Of a DNA stretch of 64,000 bases, positions 51,650 through 64,000 are shown piece after piece. Below the pieces are notes generated by a model. That model was not told the origin of the DNA and made no database searches. It was given only the letters and a program-made list of their open reading frames with translations. Made by a program: the position numbers and the translations under genes. The DNA lies in contig NC_057718.1 of assembly GCF_004010195.1 (NCBI RefSeq), forward strand, positions 64,238,744-64,302,743, read 5' to 3'. How positions within the stretch are numbered: position 1 is the stretch's first letter; every line of letters starts with the position of its first letter. The DNA comes from Chiloscyllium plagiosum. Lineage: Eukaryota.

Positions 51650-53345
51650 GGTGAGTTGCCGGAAGATATCCTTATTTAGGAAAAGTGGTGAGGAAAGCCA
51701 GGGAATGATAGAACAGTGAGCCTGACGCCAATGGTGGGTAAGTTGTTGGAGGGGATTCTGAGGGGCAGGATTTACATGCATTTTGACAGGCAAGGCCTGA
51801 TTATAGATAGTCAACATGGCTTTGTGCATGGGAAATATAGTGTCTCACTAAGTTGATTGAGTTACTTCTTTTTGAAGAGGTAACAAAGAAGATTGATGAA
51901 TGCACAGCAGGTGGACGTTGTCTATATGGACTTCAATCAGATCCTGCATATACGACTGATTAGCAAGGTTAGATCACAAGGAATCTATGGGGAGCTAGCC
52001 AGTTGGATACAAACTTGGCTCGAATGTAGGAGACAGAGGGTGGTGATACAGGGTTATTTTTCGGTCTAGAGGCCAGTGGTGTGCCACAAGGATTGGTACT
52101 AGGTCCACGGCTTTTCATCATTTACATAAATAATCTGGATGTGAATACAGCAGATATGGTTAGTAAGTTTGCAGATGACGCCAAAATTAGTGGTCTAATG
52201 GACAGTGAAAGTTATTTCTAAGTACAATGGGACCTTGATCAAATGGGCCAATGGGTCAAGGAGGCAAACGTGAAGTGTTGCATTTTGGTATGGCAACCCT
52301 GTGCAGGAATTGTACAGTGAATAGTAGGACCCTTGGGAGTGCTGCTGAACAAAGATACCTAGCGGTGCAGGTGCACAGTTCCTTGAAAGTGGAGTCGCAG
52401 GTAGATGGGATGGTAATGATGTTTGGCATGCTTGCCTTCATTGGTCAGTGCATTGAGTATAGGAGTGAGGATGTCATGTTGTGGCTGTATAGGACATTAC
52501 AATCATTAGAAAGTGTGGAAGCAAGCCATTCTGGCTATCAAGACCACACGGACCCTTCAAAGAGCAGCTCACCCAGACCCATCCCCTACCCTATCCCTGT
52601 AATCCTGCATTTTCCCATGGCTAATGCACCTAGCCTGAATTTCCTGGACATTGTGGGCTACTTAGCATGGCCAGTTCACCCGCACATCTTTGAAGTGGAA
52701 ACTGGAACACTCCGAGGAAATTCACACAGATGTGGAGAGAACGTGCAACCGCCACACAGACAGTCGCCAGAGACTGGATTCGAAACCAGGTTCCTGGCAC
52801 TGAGGCAACAGTGCTAAGCCATCATGCCACCTCCAACATTGGTGAGGCCAGTTTTAATTCTGGTATGCCTGTCAAAGGTAAAATGTTGTTAAAGTTGAGA
52901 TAATTCAGGAAAGATTTCCAAGGATTTTGCAGAGTTTGACCTGTAGGGAGAGGGTGAATGGGTGGAAGCTTTTGTTTTTACCTGGAGCATTGGAGGCTGA
53001 GGGGTGACCTTACAGGGGTTTATAAACTTATGAGGTACATGGACTGGGGGAATAGCCAGGACAGTAGAGTCCAAAACTGGACAGTATCAGTTTAAGGTGA
53101 GAGGGGAAAAGATATAAAAGGAACCTAAGGGGCAGCTTTTCACATGCGTGAATGGAATGAGTGGCCAGAGGAAGCGGTGGTGACAGGTACAATTACAACA
53201 TTTAAAAGGCATCTGATGGGTACATGAGTAGCAAGGATTTAGAGGGATATGGACCTTATTGGTGATGAATGGAACTACATCAGATTAGGTCGTCTGTTTG
53301 GAGTTGGCCCACAGGGTCTGTTTCCAGCTGTATAATTCTCTGACT
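51650..53345 (+). mobile_element. CR1 (HER1-like) fragment interrupted by an HE1 SINE
   Basis: SQHGFVHG, VPQG, FADD and the 3' tail. The SINE at 52500-52835 is flanked by acatt. Confidence 0.9.
52500..52835 (-). mobile_element. HE1/V-SINE
   Basis: V-domain reverse complement (agagaacgtgcaaccgccacacagacagtcgcc). Confidence 0.8.
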
Positions 53346-53689
53346 CCCCCCAATCTACTCATCATCCAGACTTGCAAATATATCACCATTCCTTTCAGTG
53401 TCACTGGATTGAAATCCTAGAATACCTTTAAGGAGGGAATTCCGAGTCTTCCTACAGAACATGGGCTTCAGCAGTTCAAAGCAGAAGCTTACCATGACCT
53501 TCTCAAGGGCAAATACAGCATGACAGTAAATGCTGGTCCAGCTACTGATGCCCTCATCCCTTAAGTGAATAATGTTAAAAAAAAAGTTGATGCCCAAGCT
53601 GATTCCTGTGAAGCTTCACATATCACATCTTGTCAACCTGAAAATTATCCATTTTTGCCTTGTCTTGTAGTAGCTATAAATGCTTTCTC

Positions 53690-54385
53690 CATAACGTCCG
53701 TCAGTTAGCTCGCTGAACTGGAAGGTTTGTTTATCAGACATTTTGTCACCATGGCTGGGTAACATCATCAGTGAGATGCTCCAGTGAAGCGCTGGTGGTA
53801 TGCCCTGCCTCTCCATTTATAGATCTGGGTTTCTGAAGGTGGGTAATGTCATTTCCGTTTTTTTTCCCCCAAGGGAAGCAATACTAATGTAATTTACAAG
53901 ATACTATGCAAGAACTGTAAAAAACACTACATTGGATAAACTATCAGGAAACTTGCCACCAGGATACATGAACACAAAGTGGCCACCAAAAGACATGACC
54001 ACTCTCACCATTTTCTATACATACAGACCAAGATGGACACCACACTGACGTGACAATACACACATCCTAGGACAGGCAAAACAAAGACACAAACAAGAAT
54101 TCTTAGAGGCATGACATTCTAACCAGAACTCCATTAATAAACACATCGATTTAGATCCTATTTACCTTCCCTCGAGAAAAAAAAACTGGAAATGACATCA
54201 CCCTGATGAAAGAAAGAAATCAAGACCTATAGAGAGAGAGCCCGGACACACCTCCAGTGCTTCACTGGAGACTCTCAGTGATGTTGTTTCCTAGTACGGT
54301 GACGAAACATCTGAAAACAAACCTCAAGCTCAGCCAGCTAACTTGACTTACCATCATCCTGAGTTACAAATCTTTTCAAAAAATG
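53690..54385 (+). mobile_element. Penelope-like element (second family): GIY-YIG remnant between inverted terminal repeats
   Basis: 53883: TNVIYKILCKNCKKHYIG*TIRKLATRIHEHK. Arms ~53700-53865 and ~54175-54342. Confidence 0.88.
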
Positions 54386-54389
54386 CTTT

Positions 54390-56300
54390 CTCCATGTTAA
54401 TACATTACCTTTTACAATGAGCTTTAATTTTGCAGTAAACTTTGTTCAATCACGTTGTCAAATGTCTTCTAGAGATCCAAGCACTGTATATCCACAGATT
54501 CTCCTTTATCCAAGCTCTGTACTTTCTCAAAGAATTCCAAGCATTCATCAAACTGGATTTCCCTTCCACAAAACCACGTTGACTCTGCCTGATTGCCTTG
54601 AGACTTTAAGTACCTTGCAATAATCTTAACAGATTCCAGCAATTTCCCGATGACAGAGATTAGTTGGCTTTGCACCTGGTGTTTCCATTCCCTTTCTTGA
54701 ACACAGGAGACCTTCTAATTTGACGATATCTTTCCAGAATCTTGGGAATTTTGGAAAATTAAAAACCAATTCATTAATCTTAGCAACCACTTTTTATTTT
54801 AAAAAAGATGCTAGGATGAAATTCATAAGGACCTGGTGACTTGGTCAGCTTTCAATTTCAAGAATTTTCCCTGGCAATTATAATTTTTAAAAGTTCTTCT
54901 TTCCTTTCACCTCCTAACTCATAATTAATTTCCAGACGTTATTTGTATACTCTGCAGTGAATTCAGACAGAAAATAGCTGTTCAATTACTTCGCTATTTC
55001 CTTATTTTCTATTAACTCCACAGTCTTTGTCAAGGACCAGCATTATATTACTCACTCTTTAGCCTTTCAATGTTTGCAGAAATTCATGTCTTATATTTCT
55101 ACTTAGTTCCCTCTGGTACTCCACTTGTCCATCAATTTAATAATTCTTTGCTGTTCATATTTTGTTCAATATTTTGATCTGCTATTCATTCTTTGGCAAT
55201 GACATTTTCTTTCAATTTGATACTATTTGTAATTGCTTTAATTAGTCATGGGTGGTGCAACCTTCCTTTAGGTCTTTCAAGTATGCTGAAAACGTATCCT
55301 TAAATATCAGTAGAGATGCAGTGGCAGACCCATCCCTTAATTTCCCACTTCATTCAAATCAGCTCTGCTTTCATTTCTGCATGATTGCCGTTATTAAATT
55401 TAATACACTAATTAGATTATATTAGATAAGAGTAGTTTTTTTTAGATTAGATTACTTAGTGTGGTATCAGGCCCTTCGGCCCAACAAGTCCACAGTGACT
55501 CTCCGAAGAGCAACCCACCCAGACCCATTCCCCCACACCTACCCCTACGGGCAATTTAGCATGGCCAATTCACCTAACCTGCACATTTTTGGATTGTGGG
55601 AGGAAACCAGAGCACCCGGAGGAAACCCACGCAGACACGGGGAGAATGTGCAACCTCCACACAGACTGTTGCCCGAGTCGGAATTGAACCCGGGTCCTTG
55701 GCGCTGTGAGGCAGCAGTGCTAATCACTGTGCCACCCAAATCTTAGAGTTGCTTCCCTCCCTCAAACTGAATATGAAATTCTGTCATATTTTGATAATTG
55801 CTATTGAGACATTTTCATTGAGATTAATTAATCCCATCTCGTAATTTACCAGATCTAGTATACCCTTTCCTTTGGTTAGATCTAGAACATATTGCCCCAA
55901 GAACCTGTCTCAAAAAACACTCCTATAAACTCATTGTCCAGACTACTCTTGTCAATCTGATTCATCCAATCTATATGCAGATAAAAATCTCCCGTGATTG
56001 TTGACACACCTTTTACAAAATGACCCATTATTTCCTCCAGCAGACCTAGCTGGACAGTGTGATTACAGTCAGGGTTAGCAAAACCATTGCCACAAGTGAC
56101 TTCTGACCACTACTAATTTTGTATCTCAATCGGAGTTCTGGACATCAGGATATAGAATAAGGGCATCTCTTTGGTACCAACATCATCTTCAACTCAGTTA
56201 TCCCTCCACCTTTTCCTAGCTTTCTGCTCTTACGAAATGTTTTGCACCCTCGAACATGAATTACTGTCACATCATACATTTTTTTTCTATTTGTACCGTG
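54390..56300 (-). mobile_element. Degenerate CR1 ORF2 interrupted by HE1
   Basis: LISVIGKLLESV...CLEFFEKV..LDKGESVDI. Confidence 0.7.
55440..55737 (-). mobile_element. HE1 SINE
   Basis: Reverse complement of the 48702 copy. Confidence 0.93.
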
Positions 56301-56569
56301 TATTCATCTATTATAAGTGACAGATGCCTTTCAGATAGAGCTTTGTACACTATGTCCCCTTCCAAACATAATCATCATTTCCCTTGTCTTCTTTAGTTAG
56401 CTTATCATATGTTCCCAAATTTGATTCCTTGCCCAAAGTTTAAAATATCCTCTCTACCGTTCTAATTATAATGCTCACCATGGTTTTAACACACTTTAGG
56501 AGAAGACCATCACAACAGTACAGCTTTTAAATAAAACTTTTGATGACATACAATTTTTAACATCGTCAA

Positions 56570-57480
56570 AAGGGCTCAGTGCTGGACCACAACACTTTGC
56601 AGGATACATTGTTGACTTGGAAGAGAGAAGTCAATGTACTAACTTTGCAAATGACAAAACAATAGGAGGTGGATAGTGATGATGATGATGATGCAGGGAG
56701 TCTGACGGAAAATGGACTGGTTGGATAGGTGGGTGAATGAAAACTTAGTGGTTGGGGAGTATAATGTGGGAAAATGTGAGGTTAAGCACTTTGAAAGAAA
56801 GAATGGAAGAACGGAGGAAGAATTTCTTCTTTCAGAAAGTAGTCAAACTATGTAATTCTTTCCTGTAGAGGGCTGTCAAGTTTGGGTTGGTTACATATAT
56901 TCAAGGCCAAGATGGACAGTATTTAATCAATAAGGAGATCAGAGTTATGGGAAAAAGGCAGAAAAGTTGATTTGAAGATTATTAGATTAGACTCAATCTT
57001 ACTGACTGGCAGAGCAGACGCAACAGCCGAACAGTTTATTTCTGCTAGAGTCTGCACCACTAAAAGATCATAGCTGATCTGACTGCAGCCTCAAATTCAT
57101 GTGCTTGTCTATCCTTATAACCTTTGTTTAACAAGAATCTATCCACTCTGTCTTAAAAACATACAAAGACTCTACTTGCACTGCCTTTTCAAGAAAAGTT
57201 CCCAAGCTGCTTGACACAGCAAAAAATTGCTTCATGCCTGTTTTCGATGGGTGACCCATTATATTTTTAACTGTGATCCCTAATTTGAGAGATTCTCCCA
57301 AGAGAAAACACCTGTTTCACAGCTCTGTCAAAACCGCTCAGGATCTTATGTTTCAAACAAGTCACCTCTTACTCTTCCAAACACCAATGAGTATAAGCCC
57401 AGCCTGTCCAACTTTTCCTCACAAGGCCATATAACTATTCCAGGTGTTTGTCAGGTAAATACTTTCCGACCTGCTTCCTG
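56570..57480. mobile_element. Two old CR1 3' fragments (+ ~56570-57050; - ~57050-57480)
   Basis: NVGKCEVKHF and EFLLSESSQ-type remnants, then an antisense CR1 tail. Confidence 0.55.
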
Positions 57481-57949
57481 AAATATGATAACTGTATCCA
57501 GTGTTGAAAGTGAAGCCCGTACCAAGATACAAAACTTTCCCTTGAACAGAGTTAATTTACTTGTTCATAATTATTTCTTCAAACTAAAAACAGAACCATA
57601 AACCCACCACAACCCCCTTACCCCTCTGGAGCTAATAACCAAGTTAACCAGAGACAAAAACACATGATTGTCCCTTGAAGAGACACCATGACAAATCAAA
57701 ACTTCAACGAAGCTTAACACTGGTTACATTTCTTTGCAAAACTTACTTAATTGTTTAATAATTTCACTTGTCACTAACCCCATATAGACTTGACTTATTT
57801 CACTCACAAATTAACATACTAAAAGTGAAGTGGGCAATTCAAGCTTTAGGCAGGAAAGGCAGTGAGGAGAAAGTAAACTAATTACAGAAGGTCTGCACTA
57901 GCTGCAGCTACATTACAACTTACTACTCACATTTACAATTGAAGAATGA

Positions 57950-58245
57950 ATCCAAGCTTAGTTTCTTTCAGAAATCTGGGACATCCCAAAGGACTTTCCA
58001 GCAAATGAGAGCTTTGAAGAGTACATGCTGTTGTAACTCAGAAAAAGAATTAACCAATTAACTTGCACAAACAATTAGATCAGTGAGCAGCTCAGTAGTT
58101 TTAGATGTTAGCAGAAGGCCTAGTCACTGGGAAAATCTCTGCTCAGCATCAATGTAGGTTCTTTTACATCCATCTGAGGGAGCAATACCGCAACTAGTCC
58201 AATATCTCAAAAAGTTCAGCACTTCTGACAATGTGGCATTCTGAG
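57950..58245 (-). mobile_element. Degenerate Deu-SINE-like (SacSINE/AmnSINE-type) relic
   Basis: gggacatcccaaagg...ttttacatccatctgaggg...cacttctgacaatgtggca resembles the recalled antisense Deu-SINE consensus. Confidence 0.45.
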
Positions 58246-58831
58246 TTCATACGTTTTGAAGTCTTTTGACTTTAATTTGCAAAGCTGCCTGAGCATAACA
58301 ATCAGTTGAACGTGCAGTTATAAGTGATATAAACCAAATGGTTGGTGGGAACTTCTTCACGTGAAAGACAGAGAAATCAGCATGATATACAGTTGAAGAG
58401 CTGCTGGTGGCAGAGTGAATCCTATGGATGCATCAAGCTTGTGATGAATTGAAGTTTGTCAGTGATTCTACTCCATTTCTACTTATTATCAGAGATGTAG
58501 TCATTGAGGTCTAGTGCACATAAAAAGGCCCTTTGGCCCATTGAGTGTGCCGGTGAAAAACAAATAACTAGCTATTTCAATACTGGCCCATAGCCTAGCA
58601 TGCCTTGGCATCACAAGTGTATATCTAAATATTTCATAAATGTCATGAGGGTTTCAGCCTCCACCACCCTTATAGGCTGAGTGTTCCAGATTCCCACCAC
58701 CTTCTAGGTGAAAGCGTTTTTCCTCAGATCCCCTCTCCTGCCTCTCATTATGCCTTCTTGGTCATTGGTAACTCCATCATGAGGGAAGATTTCGTCCTGT
58801 TTACTCTATTTATACCCTCAACTTTACAACT

Positions 58832-61060
58832 CCATAAGAACTAGGAGCAGGAGTAGGCCATCTGGCTCTTCGAGCCTGCTCTGCCATTCAATATGATCAT
58901 GACTGATCTTTTAATGGAGTCAGCCCCACTTACCCACGCTCTCACTGTATCCCTTAACTCCTTTATTTTTCAAAAAAAAATCTATCTTAGCATTAAAAGC
59001 GTTTACTGAAGAAGCGTCAACAACTTCTCTGGGCAAGGAATTCCATAGCTTAACAACCCTCTGGGTGCAAAAGTTCCTTCTCAATTCAGTCCTAAATCTG
59101 CTCCCTCTAATCTTGAGGCTATCCCCTTTTGTCCTAACTTCACCTGCCATTCCCTTCATAATTTTATGTTCCTATAAGATTCCCCCCCGCATTTCTTCTG
59201 AATTCCAATGAATATAATCCCAATCTACTCAGTCTCTCCTCGTAAGCAAGCCCTTCAGCTCCGGAATCAACCTAGTGAACCTCCTCTGCGCCCATCTAGT
59301 GCCAGTACATCCTTCCTCAAGTAAGGTGACCAAAACTGCACACCGTACTCCAGGTGTGGCCTCACCACCATCTTGCACAGCTGCACATTACCTCTCTGCT
59401 TTTAAACTCAATCCCTTCAGCAATGAAGGACAAAATTCCATTTGCCTTCCTAATTACTTGTTGTACCTGCAGACCAACCTTCTGCAATTCATGCAAAAGG
59501 ACATGCAGGTCCCTTTGATAGCAGCATGCTGCAACTTTTTACCATTCAAGTAATAATCTTTTTTACTGTTACTCCTACCAAAATGTATGACTGCACATTT
59601 ATTAACATTGTATTCCATCTGCCAGACTTTTGCCTATTCACTCAATTTATCTCTGTTCCTCTGCAAAGTTTCACAGTCCTCTGCACACTTTGCTCTGCCA
59701 TTCCTCTTAGTGTCATCTGCAAACTTTGACATCATACTCCCCAACTCCAAATCATCTATTTAAATTGCAAATAATTGCAGTACCAACACCAATCCCTGAG
59801 GCACACCACTAGTCACTGATTGCCAGCCAGAATAGCACTCATTTATCCCCACTCTTTGGTTGACTAACAGGAAGCAATCTTCTATCCATGCTAATACTCT
59901 ATCCCCAACACCATGCATCCTTACCTTATGTAGCAGCTTCTTGTACGGCACCTTGTTAAAGGCCTTTTGGAAATCTAGGTACACCACAACCACTGGGTCC
60001 CCATTGTCCATCTTGCTCATAATGTCTTCATAGAATTCCAAAAGATTGGTCGAGCATGATCTGCCCTTCATGAACCTTACTTGCGTTTGTCCAACGTAAC
60101 AATTTCTTTCGAGATGCCCTGCGATTTCTTTCCTGATAATAGACTCAAGCATCTTCCCCATTACAGAGGTTAAGCTAATTGGTCTATAATTCCCCATCTT
60201 TTGTCTACCTCCCTTTTTAAACAGTGGTGTCACATTTGCTGTTTTCCAATCTACTAGGATTGCCCAGTGTCCAGCAAACTTTGGAAAATTACCACCAGCG
60301 CACCTACTATTTCTCCTGCCATCTCTTTTGGTACCCTGGGATGCATTCCATCAGGGCCAGGAGACTTATCTATCCTTTGCTCCATTAGCTTGTCCAACAC
60401 TACCTCTTCTGCGATAATGATTGTTTCCAGGTCCTAATCTACCTTTGTCTCTTGGTCAATTACTGGCATGTTATTAGTGTCCTCCACTGTGAAGACTGTT
60501 ACAAAGTACCTATCCAATGCCTCGGCCATTTCATCATATATCCCATAATTAAATGTCCCTTCCCATCCTCTAAAGGACCAATGTTTTCTTTAGCCACTCT
60601 TTTTCGTTTTATATATTTATAGACACTTTTGCTCTGTCTTTATATTCTGTGCTAGTTTTTTCTTATTTTCTATTTTACTTTTCTTTAAGCTCTTCTTGTG
60701 GCTTTCTGTTGTCCTTTAAAAGGTTTCCTAATCTTCTGGTTTCATGCTGTTTTTGGCCACTTTGTATGCCTTGCCTTTCAATTTGATGGACTCCCTTATT
60801 TCCTTCGACACTCATGGCAGATTACTCCTTTTCTTACAGTCCTTCCTTTTCACCGGAATATACTTTTGCTGAGTACTTTGAAAAATTGTTTAGAAAGTCC
60901 TCCACTGCTTGTCAACTATCCGACCATAAAATCTTTGTTTCCAGTCTACTTTAGCCAGTTCCTCTCTCATAGGCCCCCTTGTTCAAGCGCAGGACCCTGG
61001 TATTGGATTTTATGTTCACACTCTCCATCTGTATTCTAAATTCAACCATACTATGATATT
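58832..61060 (-). mobile_element. CR1 LINE, ~2.2 kb 5'-truncated (second subfamily); further CR1 pieces at ~58500-58820 and 61075-61370
   Basis: ORF 59760-60233: GNYRPISLTSV, VYLDFQKAFNKV, SGVPQG. Also FCTQRVVKLWNSLP. Confidence 0.93.
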
Positions 61061-62132
61061 TCCTTCTAATATCTCAATTACGTGCCCTTCAGTTTCCTCT
61101 GCTCCAAGGAAAAAATCACTAATCGGACCAATTCATAACTAAAACTCTCTAGCCCAGGCAAAATGCTGCTAAATCTCCTCTGCACCAGACTAATGACATT
61201 CCTCCTATAATGTGGATTCCAGAAACGCACACAATACTCTAGTTGCAGCCTAACCAACATTTTATACAGTATCAGCATCATCTCCCTGCTCTTAAACTCA
61301 AGTGCCTCGGCTAAACAACGCGAGTATTCTATATCCCTTCTTAACCATGTTATCTATTTGTACCTCAAAAGGGACCAATGGACATATACACGGATGTCCT
61401 TGTGGTTCTCATAGCACGACCATTTATCATGATCTAAAAGTTACCATTAACTTGTCCAAAGTAGTTTTATCACTCAAGTCAGTATTTAAGCCAGTTGAGG
61501 GATTGGGGCAGACAATCACACTTTAATCTATTTATATTTTACTATTGCAAAAGTGACTATGTAATGAAACAACGGTCATATTTTGTCTTACAGAATTTAC
61601 ACACCTTGCTTAATTTTTTTTTTAAAAAGGTATTTTGTGGTATGATTTGCTGGTGACTGCAAACTATGTAGTAAATGACAATACGTTTTTTTTAATTGCA
61701 TGCATGGAGAAGAAAAAAAAAGTTAGGGCTCAATAATGAGGTTCAAGATCTAATCAGTAACATCAGTTGATAGAATGTAAGTGGCTGTGATGTCACTAGA
61801 AATGGATATCAGGGCAGTTCAATATTTGATTGGTGGACTGACTTGGATAGCATAACGTCTCCACTTGTGTTGTCCTCATGTTCCACTTGTGGAGCAAAGG
61901 ATTACATCTCCCCCAAAATTAACAGCATTTAATGTACCAAAAAATTAGAAAGGTTAAACAATGATAGATTTTACTGATAAATATTAGGTATTGCACATTG
62001 AGATAGGAAACAAAAGACTCACAATTAACAAAGGGAGAAAAAAAAACACAGACTGAGGGGTATGGCAGGTGATCAATCATAGCATGAGTCACTCCTCAAC
62101 AAACCTAATCAAGTACAGGTAAAAGTGAAAGT

Positions 62133-62508
62133 AGAGGTTTACAAAATTATGAGGGGCATGGATAGGATAAATAGGCAAAGTCTTTTCCCTGGGGTCAGGG
62201 AGTCCAGAACCAGAGGGCATAGGTTTAGGGTGAGAGGGGAGAGGGGAAAGATATAAAAGAGATCTAAGGGGCAACATTTTCACGCAGAGGATGGTACGTG
62301 TATGGAATGAGCTGCCAGAGGATGTGGTGGAGGCTGGTACAATTGCAACATTTAAGAGGCATTTGGATGGGTATATGAATAGGAAGGGTTTGGAGGGATA
62401 TGGGCTGGGTGCTGGCAGGTGGGACTAGATTGGGTTGGGATATCTGTTCAGCATGGACAGGTGGGACCGAAGGGTCCGTTTCCATGCTGTACATCTCTAT
62501 GACTCTAT
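62133..62508 (+). mobile_element. CR1 (HER1-like) 3' end, young
   Basis: Very similar to 31997-32361. Confidence 0.93.
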
Positions 62509-62868
62509 ACGTAATCTAGATAGTTATGTTCACTCATCCTTTACACAGCTTGAATAAGGAACCAATAACACTCATTGGAACTTACCATTGCGGTATTTAG
62601 CACATACTACTAATATTTTAATTCAATATATAAGGTTTGAAAATATATATTTTTGATTTAAATTATTTTGAAAGCATTTCTAAGTCACAATTCACTTGTA
62701 TCTTTTAAACCAAACAATTTCTATTATAAGTACTGTCAGAAATAATTGAGAGACTGAAAGATGACAGAAACTGATGAAAACTTGAAACATTAAGGAGAAA
62801 CAGATCTCTCAAGCATAGAACAAAAAGCAGCTGAACAGTACTGTTGTTGTTAAGATGGTAAACACTTA

Positions 62869-62985
<117 letters not shown>

Positions 62986-63264
62986 CTACCATTTTATCAG
63001 AAATTATTACAGCTGCAGTAAATCTTGGTGTATGTCTGAAATTCACTAATATTTTAACAAAAGGACTTTCAATATCCATTTGAGAGAAAGTGAAATTATA
63101 TATTTTTAAAAGTGTCATTTTTATTCTTTGCCTTTGATTTTATTTTTACATTTCTATGCATTTGGTTTCTATCCAACAACAAACATTAAGACATTTGGTT
63201 GAAAAAATAATGGCGATTGAATAATACATACCATTACTGATTTGCAATTTATTAGCAACTTAGA

Positions 63265-64000
63265 GGCTTAGAGTTATACAGCACGGAAACATATCCTTCG
63301 GTCCATTCATCCATGCCAACGGATCTAGTTCCATTGGATAATGTTTGGCCCACAACTGTCTAAACCCTTCCTGTTCATGTACTCATCCAGATGCCTTTTA
63401 AATGGTGTAATTGTTCTCACCTCCACCACTTCCCCTGGCAGCTCACTCGATATAGGCACTACCCTCTGTGTTTAAAAACTTGTCCTTTAGGACCCTTCTA
63501 ATTTTTTTCCCCGCTCTCCTTAAACTTATGTCATATAGTTCTGGACTCCCCCACTCTGAGGAAAAGATCGTGGCTATTCACCCTATCCATGCCCCTCATG
63601 ATTTGATAAACCTCCGTAAGTTCCTACGTCCTTTTAATGACAACACTCCAGGGGGCCCTATCATTAACTGTATAAGTCCTGCCCTGATTTACCTTCCCAA
63701 AATGCAACACCTTGCATTTATCTAAATGAAACTGCCACTCCTCAGCCCATCTGATCAAGGCCCATTGTGCTCCGAGATAACCTTCTTCACTGTTCACTAC
63801 ACCACCAATTTTACTGACCATACCTCCTATGTTCACATCCAAATCATTTATATAAAGGACAAAAAACAGTGGAATCAGCACCAATCCTTGTGGCACACTG
63901 TTGGTCACAGGTCTCTAGTCCAAAAAAACCCTTCTCAACCACCATCCTCTGTCTCCTACCTTCAAGCCAACTTTGTACCTAATTGGCTAGCTGCCCCTGT
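63265..64000 (-). mobile_element. CR1 (HER1-like) fragment, runs off the window
   Basis: VPQGLVL...YINDLD, DKCKVLHFG and the antisense 3' tail. Confidence 0.9.

Noticed and set aside
52251..52817. 188-aa ORF
   Set aside because: Chance read-through from CR1 ORF2 into an antisense HE1 SINE.

Overview
Vertebrate genomic DNA, almost certainly a shark or ray (HE1-type V-SINEs, their partner CR1 LINEs and abundant Penelope-like elements). It is AT-rich and repeat-dense, with one 280-N gap (27629-27908). Two genes are well supported, both on the minus strand. The first is SFT2D1: coding exons 3-8 lie at 62952->25575 with clean GT-AG boundaries and consistent phases, and exons 1-2 lie beyond the window. 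The second is the intronless PRR18 in a CpG island (17902-18525). This matches the mammalian SFT2D1-PRR18-(T2)-TBXT block, so Brachyury is expected left of the window. Downstream of PRR18 there appears to be a third minus-strand multi-exon unit: a promoter at about 8.9 kb with an RFX X-box, a Kozak ATG exon (MATVDTTPE), and candidate exons carrying in-frame stops. It may be a decayed gene at the position of mouse T2, but this is unconfirmed. Other points of interest: many Penelope-derived inverted-repeat elements with minimal hammerhead-ribozyme motifs, including a near-perfect 162-bp hairpin with a 15-bp TSD in SFT2D1 intron 3; a 22-bp micro-insertion with a 15-bp TSD; relics of Gypsy and Vingi/Ingi retroelements; and a competing +4 splice donor in SFT2D1. 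Repeat boundaries are approximate and family names come from recognising the sequence by eye, not from database searches.
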